NCBI GenBank assembly: GCA_963743705.1
Contig: CAVUQS010000013.1
Span: 5,415 to 69,414, forward strand
Source of the DNA: Bryobacterales bacterium
Lineage (GTDB): Bacteria; Acidobacteriota; Terriglobia; Bryobacterales; Bryobacteraceae
Length of the DNA stretch: 64,000 bases
Direction: 5' to 3'
In this document: in pieces, positions 27,309-36,783 of the stretch
How positions within the stretch are numbered: the first letter of the stretch is position 1
Layout of the letters: each line of letters opens with the position of its first letter
Position numbers and translations under genes: made by a program
Notes under the pieces: model-generated
Seen by the model: the letters and a program-made list of their open reading frames with translations, nothing else
Database searches by the model: none
Told to the model about the DNA's origin: nothing

Positions 27309-28877
27309 ATGCAAAACCGAACGGAGTTCGAGCAGGAAAGGGCGGAACTGGAGGTGGTTCTGTCTTCGGACGTGTTTGCGCGCTCGCACAAGATAGCGCA
27401 GATTCTGAAATACGTTTGCGAAGCCCACTTTGCAGGCCGATCGCACGAGATCAAAGAGTACACCATCGCCATCGAAGTATTCGGGCGCCCGGCGGATTTC
27501 GATCAGGCTCACGACTCGATCGTACGCGTGGAAGCGCACCGGCTACGCAAAAGGCTGCAGGAGTTCTACACGGGCGAAGGCGCCGGGCACGAAATGCAGA
27601 TTGTGCTATCGCCGGGCAACTACGTTCCCCAGTTCGTGCGGCGGACAGGAGCGTCCTCGGTCTCGTGCCCGTCGTTGGAAAGCACCGCAGTCGTCGCCGG
27701 GTCTGGGGCGGCTTCTTCACCTGCGCCAGCGGCGCAATCGCACCCGGCTCGTGGTTTCCGTTTGCAGTGGCTTTGCGCTTTGGCGGCCGTGGTAATCCTG
27801 CTGATCGGCTCATTCGTTTACACGCGCCTTGCGCATCGGGCGACAGCGGCCGCTTCGTTCCCGGTAGATCCGTCACGCAAAGAAGTTCGGATTCTAGCGG
27901 GTGCAACCGGCACGAACATCGTGGATCATTACGGCAATACGTGGTATGGAGACCGGTACTTCAAGGGTGGAACTGTCCGTGCCGTGACGCCCAGGCCCAT
28001 AGCTTACACTCAGGATCCTGCGCTCTTTTATCACCTGCGTCAGGGCGACTTCTCCTACGATATTCCTCTGCAAAATGGATCATATGAACTGCGCCTGTAT
28101 TTTGCCGAAACGATCTTTGGCGAGAACAACGCAGCCGGCGGCGGCGAGACTTCGCGCGTCTTCCGTATCTCGGCGAACGCCAAGCCATTGGACTACGACC
28201 CTCTCGACGTGATCGCCGACGCGCCCGGAAGCAATACGGCGGATATCAAAGTCTTCAAGGATGTGCAGCCGGCCGCGGATGGCAAACTTCACCTCGCATT
28301 CGCACCCATCGGGAACGATATACCGTTCGTGAACGCGATCGAGATCGCGCCTTCCGAAGCAGGCGCCATCAGGCCGATCCGGATTCTGGCGAGGGAAATC
28401 GGCTATACGGATGAGAACCACCGCGTGTGGAGCTCCGACCGCTACTTCCACAATGGCGTGCTGGTGCCGCGGCCGGCGCCTGTGGCGGGCGCGGATGAAC
28501 AGGAGCTTTATCACAGCGAACGAGCAGGCAATTTCTCATATGTGATGCCCGTCGCCAAAAACGGGCGCTATACGGTCACGATGAAGTTTTGCGAAGCCTG
28601 GCATGGAGCAGACGCTCCTGGTGGCGCCGGCTACAGGATCTTCGACGTCTTGTTCAACGGCAGAACTTTGCTGGGCAACTTCGACATCTTCCAGGAAGCC
28701 GGCAATCTGCGAGCTCTGGACAAGACGTTCACGGGCCTGGAGCCGAATGCGCAGGGCAAGCTGATCTTCACGTTTACGCCGACCCGCAATTACGCGAAGA
28801 TAAATGCCATCGAAGTGATGGATGAAGCTTGGAGGAGACCGTCAGAGCCGCGCACTCACGGTCCGCTCCAGCGGTAA
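27309..28877 (+). CDS. Membrane-anchored regulator: N-terminal winged-helix (CadC/OmpR-type) domain, one TM, two extracytoplasmic malectin-like carbohydrate-binding domains
   Basis: The N-terminus is KIAQILKYVCEAHFAGRSHEIKEYTIAIEVFGRPADFDQAHDSIVRVEAHRLRKRLQEFY and the TM is LQWLCALAAVVILLIGSFVY. Two repeats of GDRYF.GG ... F.Y..P...G.Y.(L/V) ... F.E ... R.F.(I/V) ... NAIE(I/V) follow. The gene is divergent from the TonB receptor. Confidence 0.75.
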   Translation: MQNRTEFEQERAELEVVLSSDVFARSHKIAQILKYVCEAHFAGRSHEIKEYTIAIEVFGRPADFDQAHDSIVRVEAHRLRKRLQEFYTGEGAGHEMQIVLSPGNYVPQFVRRTGASSVSCPSLESTAVVAGSGAASSPAPAAQSHPARGFRLQWLCALAAVVILLIGSFVYTRLAHRATAAASFPVDPSRKEVRILAGATGTNIVDHYGNTWYGDRYFKGGTVRAVTPRPIAYTQDPALFYHLRQGDFSYDIPLQNGSYELRLYFAETIFGENNAAGGGETSRVFRISANAKPLDYDPLDVIADAPGSNTADIKVFKDVQPAADGKLHLAFAPIGNDIPFVNAIEIAPSEAGAIRPIRILAREIGYTDENHRVWSSDRYFHNGVLVPRPAPVAGADEQELYHSERAGNFSYVMPVAKNGRYTVTMKFCEAWHGADAPGGAGYRIFDVLFNGRTLLGNFDIFQEAGNLRALDKTFTGLEPNAQGKLIFTFTPTRNYAKINAIEVMDEAWRRPSEPRTHGPLQR

Positions 28878-28966
28878 AGCCGCGGAGCGCCGCCAATCAT
28901 AACGCCGCAGTATAGCGCCCGATGCCGCCAGGCGTGCGACCCTCTGCGCCCCCGTGATAGACTGCG

Positions 28967-30163
28967 TTGATCATGCGCAGACGTGCGTTCCTCCGGATGG
29001 CGGCGGCTGCCGCCGTGGCGCCGGTGCGCGGTCTCGCCCAGCGCCGCGACGCAACTGATGCCGTGACGCTCGACGCGGCGGCGCGTGCCTACCGCGTCCA
29101 GCCCGGAGGCAGCATCCAGGCGGCGCTCGAGGCGGCCGCGAAGGATCCGGCCAACAAGATCGTCTACGTCCACGCCGGGACCTATCGCCCGGCGGCGCAC
29201 GGGCAGGCGCTGATCTGGTTCAACGAGCGGCACGACGGCATCACGCTCGAAGCGGTCGGCGAGGTGGTGCTGACCGCCGCCAATCCGGCGATCGCCGACA
29301 AGACGGCGCCAAGTTTCCCGGCGGCCGTCAATCACGTCGTCTATTTCGGCGACCGCGTATCGACAAAGACCGTGCTGCGCGGTTTCCGCGTCACCGGCGC
29401 GAACAACTACACCACCGGCACCGGCAAGCGCTCGCCAATCGAATCGGATGACGTGCCCAAGACGCCGTTCTTCTATCTCGATGGCGGCGGCATCAAGATC
29501 TATGCGCGCGCCTATCCGACCATCGAGCGCGTCGAGGTGGCCGGCAATTACACCAGCCCCTGCGGCGCCGGTGTATCCGTCGAGCACCTCGGCCAGATGC
29601 TCGACGCCGCGGTGTTCCGCGACTGCATCTTCCGCGACAACCGCACGCAGGTCACCGGCGCGGCGTTCGACCTCCTGCACGGCAGCCGCGCCACGCTCGA
29701 CAACTGCCTGTTCGTCGGCAACATCGCGAATCTCGGTGTGGACTACGTCGGCCTGCTGACCGGCGGCGAGTATCACCCGGAGAACGGCTCGGGTGCGATG
29801 ACGGTGTTCGAGGGGTCCCGCGCGGAGGTCAGCCGCTGTACCTTCACCGGGAATTGGGCCGGCGTCGACGACAACGGCACAGGCAGCACGTACGTGAAGT
29901 CGATCTTCTGGAACAACACGTTGAAGGGCGGAATCTCGACCGGAGCGCGCTACGAGATCGATATTACCAGCGGGGGCGGCGTACGGGAGTCGTTCATCCA
30001 CGGCGAGACGAACGACCTGCGGGGAACGATCGATCGAGCGGTGAACACCTTTGATCCGCCGGATCCGCGCTTCGACGAGCAGTTCGTGCCGCAGGCGCCG
30101 GAGTATCGGGCGGTGGGCTACCGGCCGGCGGCCGCGGCATCGCGCGGCCGCACCAACCGGTAG
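28967..30163 (+). CDS. Right-handed parallel beta-helix (pectin-lyase fold) protein, Tat signal
   Basis: The signal is MIMRRRAFLRMAAAAAVAPVRGLAQ. Beta-helix coils are present: GGGIKIYARAYPTIERVEVAGNY, CIFRDNRTQVTGAAFDL, LDNCLFVGNIAN and VSRCTFTGNWAG. The longer antisense ORF 28856..30190 is treated as a GC shadow. Confidence 0.7.
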   Translation: MIMRRRAFLRMAAAAAVAPVRGLAQRRDATDAVTLDAAARAYRVQPGGSIQAALEAAAKDPANKIVYVHAGTYRPAAHGQALIWFNERHDGITLEAVGEVVLTAANPAIADKTAPSFPAAVNHVVYFGDRVSTKTVLRGFRVTGANNYTTGTGKRSPIESDDVPKTPFFYLDGGGIKIYARAYPTIERVEVAGNYTSPCGAGVSVEHLGQMLDAAVFRDCIFRDNRTQVTGAAFDLLHGSRATLDNCLFVGNIANLGVDYVGLLTGGEYHPENGSGAMTVFEGSRAEVSRCTFTGNWAGVDDNGTGSTYVKSIFWNNTLKGGISTGARYEIDITSGGGVRESFIHGETNDLRGTIDRAVNTFDPPDPRFDEQFVPQAPEYRAVGYRPAAAASRGRTNR

Positions 30164-30294
30164 CCGATCGTGACTACTGTTCCCGGACATCGATTCGCGA
30201 ATTGAGCGTGAACGGTCCGGCGTTGCCGGCGGATCCGTCGTTGTCCGATCGGGTTTGACAGGTTATGTAGCTTCTGTTATTATCCCTTGCCAAG

Positions 30295-32274
30295 GTGGTC
30301 CATGAAAGTACCCCTATGAGTGCTACGCTCCTCCAAAGGCTTCGTAGTAATCAGCCCCGTGTTCGATTGATCGTCGCCGCGCTGATGCTCACGTATCCCG
30401 CTGTGCGTGCCTTTCAGGCCCCATCGGGTACTGCATCACCGCCTGAAATCCGCTACCCTGCGAAGGACGTGGGAGTCGATTCGCTGGCACGCCGCGCCCA
30501 GGAACAGAAGCAGGCCGCAACCCAGTACTCCGTTGTTCACGATTTCCATTTCGAAGACAAACTTCCTGAAAGCGGCATCACGTTCCGGCAGCGAATTGTC
30601 GACGACTCCGGGCTGAATTACAAGCCGGTTCATTACGATCACGGCAACGGAATAGCCGTGGCGGATGTGGATGGCGACGGTCTTTATGACATCTACTTCG
30701 TGAATCAGGCGGGGCCGAGCGAGCTATGGAAAAACCTCGGCGGCGGCAAATTCCGCAAAATCGATAACCCTGCACTTGCCATCCCCGGGCGCATCGCAGT
30801 GGCCGCTTCGTTTGCCGATATCGATAACGATGGCGATGAAGACCTCTATGTCACCACAGTGCGGGGCGGCAACCTGTTATTCGAGAACGACGGTCACGGG
30901 AACTTCCGCGATATCACGCGCGAAGCCGGCCTTTTGCATTCAGCGCATTCCTCCGGCAGCGTGTTTTTCGACTACGACCATGATGGCAGGCTCGATCTTC
31001 TGGTATGCGACGTGGGGCAGTACACTTCGGAGAAGAAGGGCGCTCAGGGCCAGTTTGTAGGATTGCCGGACGCATTTTCCGGCCATATGTATCCGGAGCG
31101 ATTCGAACACCCCATCCTCTATCGCAATCTGGGCAACAATCGATTTAAGGATGTGACCGCGGCGGTGGGGCTCACGCCGCATGGATGGTGCGGAGATGCC
31201 GCCGTCGCGGATGTCAATGGCGATGGCTGGCCCGACGTCTATTTTTTGAATATGATGGGCGCGAATCATTACTACGAGAACCAGGGCGGGAAGGGTTTTG
31301 TCGAGAAGACTAAAACCTATTTTCCGAGAACCTCCTGGGGCGCCATGGGGGTTAAGTTCTTCGATTACGATAACGATGGCCGCCTGGATTTGTTTGTGAC
31401 CGATATGCATTCAGACATGGAGGAAAATGTAGGGCCGGAGCTGGAACAAAAAAAGGCTCCGTCGCATGCCCCCGAGAGCTTCCTCATGGGTCCGGCCTCG
31501 AGCTTCGTGTTTGGCAATTCGATGTATCACAACACGGGAAAGGGTCCGTTTGAAGAGGTTTCCGACGCCATGGGGGTCGAGAACTACTGGCCGTGGGGAC
31601 CGAGCGTCGGAGACATCAATGCGGATGGATGGGATGATATCTTCATTGCGTCGTCTATGAACTTCCCTTTTCGATATGGGATCAATTCCATGCTGCTCAA
31701 CGACCACGGGAAGAAGTTTCTGGACGCCGAGTTCCAGTTGGGCATTGAGCCGCGCCGCGGGGGGCGAACACACACGCCGTGGTTCCAGTTGAACTGCTCC
31801 GCCATGCCTCCGGATCCGCAGGAGATGATGCACCGGATTTGCGGGAACCGTAAGGGCATGGTCACGGTTATGGCCCCGCTCGGGAGCCGCTCTTCCGTTT
31901 TGTTCGATCTGGATAACGACGGGGATTTGGATCTCGTGACCAACGATTTCAATTCGGAGCCTCAGATTCTGGTGAGCGATCTTGCGGCGCGCAGACCGAT
32001 CCATTGGCTGAAAGTGCTGCTGACCGGAACCGCATCGAACCGCGACGGTTTGGGCGCCACGGTACGTGTGATCACCGCAGCCGGCGCAAAATATTTCAAG
32101 TACAACGATGGCAAGTCCGGATATCTTTCGCAAAGTTCTCTGCCGCTCTACTTCGGGCTTGGTGACGAAAATGTGATTTCACGCGTCGAGATTCATTGGC
32201 CTTCCGGCCGTGACCAGGTTATTACACAAGGTCTGCGCGCGAACGAGATCCTGCGCGTGACGGAACCAAAGTAG
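30295..32274 (+). CDS. CRTAC1-family protein (FG-GAP/VCBS repeats + ASPIC/UnbV C-terminal domain)
   Basis: FG-GAP motifs are present: GIAVADVDGDGLYDIYFVN, ASFADIDNDGDEDLYV, VFFDYDHDGRLDLLV, AAVADVNGDGWPDVYF and FDYDNDGRLDLFV. The UnbV end is NRDGLGATVRV...GYLSQSSLPLYFGLGD...VEIHWPSG. An alternative ATG lies at 30316. Confidence 0.85.
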   Translation: MVHESTPMSATLLQRLRSNQPRVRLIVAALMLTYPAVRAFQAPSGTASPPEIRYPAKDVGVDSLARRAQEQKQAATQYSVVHDFHFEDKLPESGITFRQRIVDDSGLNYKPVHYDHGNGIAVADVDGDGLYDIYFVNQAGPSELWKNLGGGKFRKIDNPALAIPGRIAVAASFADIDNDGDEDLYVTTVRGGNLLFENDGHGNFRDITREAGLLHSAHSSGSVFFDYDHDGRLDLLVCDVGQYTSEKKGAQGQFVGLPDAFSGHMYPERFEHPILYRNLGNNRFKDVTAAVGLTPHGWCGDAAVADVNGDGWPDVYFLNMMGANHYYENQGGKGFVEKTKTYFPRTSWGAMGVKFFDYDNDGRLDLFVTDMHSDMEENVGPELEQKKAPSHAPESFLMGPASSFVFGNSMYHNTGKGPFEEVSDAMGVENYWPWGPSVGDINADGWDDIFIASSMNFPFRYGINSMLLNDHGKKFLDAEFQLGIEPRRGGRTHTPWFQLNCSAMPPDPQEMMHRICGNRKGMVTVMAPLGSRSSVLFDLDNDGDLDLVTNDFNSEPQILVSDLAARRPIHWLKVLLTGTASNRDGLGATVRVITAAGAKYFKYNDGKSGYLSQSSLPLYFGLGDENVISRVEIHWPSGRDQVITQGLRANEILRVTEPK

Positions 32275-33212
32275 TGCGCGCGGCAGGTCTCAGATTCGCG
32301 ATCCTTGTCAGTCTGCCGGGTTTGCAGGCATTCGCCCAGCCTCCGTCCCCCTGGGACCGCGGCGCGCGCCTGGCTGAGGAAGGTAATTACGCTGCCGCTG
32401 TGCAGACGCTGACTTCGGCTTTGGCATCCTCCCCCGCGCCAACTGCTGCTCCCTATTTGTTGCTTTCCGATTGCTATGTGCAGATGAAGCGACCGGCGGA
32501 TGCCGAGCAGATTCTTCGCAAGGGACTTTCGGCCCATCCCGCCGATCCCGTCCTGGAGTTGTTCCTGGGTGAGTTACTGATGGATGTACAGTCCTACAGC
32601 CTGGAAGCGGGGCAGTTACTCGAACATTCGGTTCGTACCGCACCGCGCGATCCGGAAGCAAGGCATTCTTACGCACGGTGGGCCCATATGAATTGGCGCG
32701 AACGCACCTGCGTGGCGCAGGAAAAAGCCGCCTTACTCCTGCCCGGTCTCGACGACGTTACGCTGATGAAGATGAACACCTTGTTGGGGATCTGTTCCGG
32801 CCGGATCGAGGATGCCGCGGAAGCACGGGCTGCGTTTCGACGGGCCAACGCAATCAATTTACGCCAGAAGACCTACGATCCGGAGACGGCATGGCAATAC
32901 GTGCAATTCCTGGGGCGCTTCGGTGAGGATGCCGAGGTTCAGTCGATTGCCGGGGAGATTCTCGAACGCGTTCCCGAGTTTGGGCTGGCCCGCCTGGAGC
33001 GCGCCAAATACTTCGATCGGGAGGGCCCGCCGGAAAAGGCGGCTGAGGCAGCGCAGCTGGTGTTGCAAAGTGCGGGAAACGATTTGGATGTTGAGCGCGC
33101 AGCTCACGGGATTCTTGCGCGGTCATTTACTGCACTGGGTGAGACGGCTAACGCTGCCCGCGAACAGGCGTGGATCGCGGCCCATCCTGACCTTGAAACG
33201 CCGTTCAGGTGA
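32274..33212 (+). CDS. TPR repeat protein, exported
   Basis: A GTG at 32274 overlaps the upstream TAG by 1 nt. The signal-like N-terminus is LRFAILVSLPGLQAFAQ, and TPR-like helical repeats run throughout. Confidence 0.7.
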   Translation: MRAAGLRFAILVSLPGLQAFAQPPSPWDRGARLAEEGNYAAAVQTLTSALASSPAPTAAPYLLLSDCYVQMKRPADAEQILRKGLSAHPADPVLELFLGELLMDVQSYSLEAGQLLEHSVRTAPRDPEARHSYARWAHMNWRERTCVAQEKAALLLPGLDDVTLMKMNTLLGICSGRIEDAAEARAAFRRANAINLRQKTYDPETAWQYVQFLGRFGEDAEVQSIAGEILERVPEFGLARLERAKYFDREGPPEKAAEAAQLVLQSAGNDLDVERAAHGILARSFTALGETANAAREQAWIAAHPDLETPFR

Positions 33213-33242
33213 TATTCCCGAAACGATACAACGACGGATATA

Positions 33243-34940
33243 ATGGGACCCCCGGCCGTGCTGCTCCTGCGCAAAGCTTTTCTGATCTTCGGCGCCAATT
33301 TGCTGCTGCTTGCGGTCTACAGCGAGCAGGCTGCCAGACCGAAGCCCCTTGAAGCCAGCCGGGTGCAGTTCAACGAAATTGCGGCGGAGTCGGGCATTAC
33401 CTTTCGCCACGAAAACGGGGCTTCGGCCGAGAAGCACATGGTGGAGACCTTCGGCTCCGGGGTGGGCGTGATCGATTTCGACAACGACGGCCAGCCCGAC
33501 CTGTTTTTCGCCAACGGAGCCGACCTGGCTCACGGCAAGCCATCGCCTGGCAATGCGCTCTATCGCAATCTAGGCAACGGAAAATTCGAGGATGTAACTG
33601 CCAAAGCAGGCGTCGCAGGCAATGGGATGTTCGCTACCGGCGTGACGGTGGGCGACTATGATAACGACGGCTACCTGGATATCTACGTCACGGGCTATGG
33701 CGCTAACCAGCTCTTTCGCAACAATGGCGACGGGACCTTCAGTGAGGCGACGGCCAGGGCTGGAGTGGGCGCTAGCGGGTGGAGCAGCAGCGCCGCCTGG
33801 GTGGACTACGATCGCGACGGCTACCTCGATCTGTTTGTGGGACGCTACCTGGATTACGACATGCGCAAGGCGCCGTACTGCGGATATCAAAAGCCGGGCT
33901 ACCGCATGTATTGCGATCCGCAGGTGTTCGACGGGACGCCGGCATTGCTGTACCACAACAATCGGGATGGCACGTTCACGGAGGTCTCCCGCAAAGCCGG
34001 CGTGGCGAATCCGGCGGGAAAGACTTTGGGGGTGGCCATCGGCGATATCGATGGCGATGGGTGGCCCGATATCTTCGTGGCCAACGATGGCGTCCGCAAT
34101 TTTCTCTACCGCAATAAAGGCGATGGCTCCTTTGACGACATTACCTACGGCGCCGGCGTAGGTTTCGACATGAACGGCAAAGCTCTGGCCGGCATGGGCG
34201 CCGAGATCGTGGATCTCGATGGCGATGGCTTACCGGACATCTTCTTTACGGCCTTTTCGCGCCAATACAACCCGCTCTACCGCAACCTCGGAAAGCTGGT
34301 TTTTGAAGACGGCACGGTCAAAGCCGGATTACCATCCAGCGTGAAGACACTCGGCTTCGGCACCAAGGTCTTCGACTTCGACAACGACGGTTATCCGGAC
34401 ATCTATGTCACCAACGGACACGTCACCGATAATGTTGCACTCTACGACCCGCAGCTTTCTTACCGTCAGGCGGACCTGCTTTACCGGAACCTTGGCGGCG
34501 GCCATTTTCGCGAAGTCTCAGCGGAAAGCGGTCCGGCGTTTCGCATCCAGCACGTGGGCCGCGGTCTAGCGGTGGCGGATTTCGACAACGACGGCGACCT
34601 GGACATCGTGGTGAGCGATTCCGGCGGGCGCCCGCTGCTGCTGCGCAATGACGGGGGCAATCGCAATCATTGGATCGCGCTCCGCGCCCGCGGCCGCGAG
34701 AGCAATCATTTCGGGATCGGCGCAAAGGTGCGGGTGACCAGCGGCGGCCGGACCCAGTTGCGGGAAGTCAATCCCTACGGAAGTTACCTCAGCACCAGCG
34801 ACACGCGTTTGTATTTCGGGCTGGGCAGCGCAACCCTCGCTCGCATCGAGATCGAGTGGCCCAGCGGGAAGAAGCAGGCGATCGACAGCGTTCGCGCCGG
34901 CCAGACTTTGCTGCTGGATGAGGCCGATGCGAAGCGCTGA
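33243..34940 (+). CDS. CRTAC1-family protein (FG-GAP/VCBS repeats + ASPIC/UnbV), paralog of 30295..32274
   Basis: FG-GAP motifs include GVGVIDFDNDGQPDLFFAN, TVGDYDNDGYLDIYV, AWVDYDRDGYLDLFV and GDIDGDGWPDIFVAN. The end is ...GIGAKVRV...GSYLSTSDTRLYFGLG...IEIEWPSG. Confidence 0.85.
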   Translation: MGPPAVLLLRKAFLIFGANLLLLAVYSEQAARPKPLEASRVQFNEIAAESGITFRHENGASAEKHMVETFGSGVGVIDFDNDGQPDLFFANGADLAHGKPSPGNALYRNLGNGKFEDVTAKAGVAGNGMFATGVTVGDYDNDGYLDIYVTGYGANQLFRNNGDGTFSEATARAGVGASGWSSSAAWVDYDRDGYLDLFVGRYLDYDMRKAPYCGYQKPGYRMYCDPQVFDGTPALLYHNNRDGTFTEVSRKAGVANPAGKTLGVAIGDIDGDGWPDIFVANDGVRNFLYRNKGDGSFDDITYGAGVGFDMNGKALAGMGAEIVDLDGDGLPDIFFTAFSRQYNPLYRNLGKLVFEDGTVKAGLPSSVKTLGFGTKVFDFDNDGYPDIYVTNGHVTDNVALYDPQLSYRQADLLYRNLGGGHFREVSAESGPAFRIQHVGRGLAVADFDNDGDLDIVVSDSGGRPLLLRNDGGNRNHWIALRARGRESNHFGIGAKVRVTSGGRTQLREVNPYGSYLSTSDTRLYFGLGSATLARIEIEWPSGKKQAIDSVRAGQTLLLDEADAKR

Positions 34941-36000
34941 GAGCCTCAGATATAATCTGACCGTGCCGCGGCTCCCGATTGCTGTTGTCCTGCTCGCTTC
35001 GGTCGTGATTGGGGCACAGACTCCTCGCGCAGATCCACAGGGCGCGCAACTGGGCGCCGCCGCGGAGCACCTGCAACAGGGGAGAGCCGAACAGGCGATC
35101 CGCGAGTGCAAGGGCGTGCTGGCGAGCGATCCGCGCTCAGCGCCCGCACACATGCTTCTGGGACTGGCGTATCTCGCGCAGAGGTCGAGCGCCATGGTCG
35201 CCGAGGCCAAAGCCGAATTGCAGCAGGCGCTCGATCTCGATCCGGAGCTTTTGTGGGCACGCTTCTACCTGGCTCGGCTCTATCTCGACCAAGGCTTGAG
35301 CGAAAAGGCCCAGGAGCAACTGGAGCGCGGTCTGAAGCAACGCCCTGGTTTCCCTCCTTTTCTTTCACTGCTGGGTGAAGTCCGGCGCAAACTCGGAGAT
35401 CCCGGCGCTTCTCTGGAGTTGAACCGCAAGGCTCTCGAGGCAGACGCCACAATGACCCCGGCGCATTATTTCCTGGCGCTTGCTTATCTGGACCTGAAAC
35501 AGGAAGAGGCCGCAATGGCCGAGCTCGAAAAAGCCATCCACTCGCCCTCCGTCACGCCGGAGATGTACAACGCGCTGGCGTCGCTGTACATCAAGAAACA
35601 GCGATTGGCCGAAGCGGAAGATTTCTGCCGGAAAGCCATCGCGCTGGACCGCTCGCGGCCCGACGCATACCTGAACCTGGCGCGAGTCTATAACGCCCAG
35701 CACGCGAGTGACAAGGCGCTGGAGGCTCTGCGCGCCGCGCTGCCGGAGGGCAAGGAGTTCCCGGTGTCCGAATATTACCAGGAACTGCAGGCGGATCTCG
35801 CGGTGGAGCGCGGCGTCGCGTACACGGCCAAGAAAATGTCCGCTCAGGCGATCGACGAGTATGCTCGCGCGCTCGATTTCGATCCGCGCCGCGCCGTGAT
35901 CCACCGGCGCCTGGCGGAACTCTATCTACAGAAGGGAGACCCGGCCCGCGCCGCTGTGCATACGAAGGAAGCGGACAAGCTCGAGAAAGGGCAAAGGTAG
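34918..36000 (+). CDS. TPR repeat protein
   Basis: The start overlaps the upstream gene by 23 nt. There are multiple TPR units (AHMLLGLAYLAQ, ARFYLARLYLDQGLSEKA, AHYFLALAYLDLKQ, YNALASLYIKKQRLAEAEDFCRKAIALD, AYLNLARVY, HRRLAELYLQKGD). Confidence 0.8.
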   Translation: MRPMRSAESLRYNLTVPRLPIAVVLLASVVIGAQTPRADPQGAQLGAAAEHLQQGRAEQAIRECKGVLASDPRSAPAHMLLGLAYLAQRSSAMVAEAKAELQQALDLDPELLWARFYLARLYLDQGLSEKAQEQLERGLKQRPGFPPFLSLLGEVRRKLGDPGASLELNRKALEADATMTPAHYFLALAYLDLKQEEAAMAELEKAIHSPSVTPEMYNALASLYIKKQRLAEAEDFCRKAIALDRSRPDAYLNLARVYNAQHASDKALEALRAALPEGKEFPVSEYYQELQADLAVERGVAYTAKKMSAQAIDEYARALDFDPRRAVIHRRLAELYLQKGDPARAAVHTKEADKLEKGQR

Positions 36001-36132
36001 GACTGGCGTTCCTTTTTCATTACCCTCCGGACCTATCCGCGCCGATTTGGCCGACTGGAGTCACCATCGCAGGCGCGAGCTCCGGCTTCTAAGCCAGGGG
36101 TTGCGAGCATGAAAGCAATTTGATGTGTGCTC

Positions 36133-36339
36133 TTACTCAACGGCGCTTGAACCGTTCGATAGTTGCTTTCGGACTTCAGCTATTTCTGCGCCCGATGGAG
36201 GCCAAGTTGTATCGCATGTATTGCAGTGGAATTCTAACGCGCCCATCTTCAATGCTTCTTCGAATTCCGAAGAACTAAACGTAACTCTCTGATTGTGGTT
36301 GTTCGGGCAGGTAATATCGAGCTCTACGCGGTCGTTCAT
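36133..36339 (-). CDS. Small (68 aa) hypothetical protein with a zinc-ribbon-like Cys pattern
   Basis: The ATG at 36339 is preceded by aggaggg (SD). The sequence is MNDRVELDITCPNNHNQRVTF...EFHCNTCDTTW (C-x4-H ... C-x2-C). The longer ORF-track start is 36534. Confidence 0.5.
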   Translation of the reverse strand: MNDRVELDITCPNNHNQRVTFSSSEFEEALKMGALEFHCNTCDTTWPPSGAEIAEVRKQLSNGSSAVE

Positions 36340-36361
36340 GAACCCTCCTAGCCTGCGAAGT

Positions 36362-36577
36362 TCAGGCATTGACGTCTGTTGTTTCGGAATTGCAAGTGGC
36401 TCTCTGGCTTCCTGAACCCGCGACATTTGATCCCATGGCCGTAAAAGGCTGCCGAAACAGCTTTTCAAATTCCTCGCGCGACGTGCCTTTGATTGTCCTT
36501 TGCGGGGCCCTCCGCATGATGCGAAGTTGCTCATCTGTCAAGAGCGGGCGCTTTCTCGGGTCTTCATTTTGCTGCAT
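36362..36577 (-). CDS. Small (71 aa) hypothetical protein
   Basis: The ATG at 36577 is preceded by aaggaga, and the stop lies 22 nt upstream of the next small gene. The sequence starts MQQNEDPRKRPLLTDEQLRIMRRAPQRTIKGTSREEFEKLF. I recognise no family. Confidence 0.35.
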   Translation of the reverse strand: MQQNEDPRKRPLLTDEQLRIMRRAPQRTIKGTSREEFEKLFRQPFTAMGSNVAGSGSQRATCNSETTDVNA

Positions 36578-36783
36578 TCTCCTTAATGACCTCTCGGTAA
36601 ACGGATAGCACGGCTGATACCAAAACGCAGAACGCTGTGGCGCCTTAGCCGGACAGCGTTTTTCGGCAGCCACCTACAGGATTTTCGGGGCCGGCGATGC
36701 TTTTCGGGTCTGTGATGCGGATCGAGCCGGCCCGGGATCTGGCACCCATAAACGCGCACCGAGGCCGGACCGGCTCGGGCTCA

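Noticed and set aside
28856-30190. 444-aa minus-strand ORF, longer than the plus-strand gene it covers.
   Set aside because: It is Arg/Ala/Gly-rich with no motifs, which is typical of an antisense shadow in GC-rich DNA. The plus-strand ORF has a Tat signal and beta-helix repeats.
36631-36663. Hairpin aacgctgt-N14-acagcgtt followed by ttt (terminator-like on the + strand).
   Set aside because: No plus-strand gene ends nearby. On the minus strand the stem is not followed by a U-run. The evidence is too weak to call a terminator.
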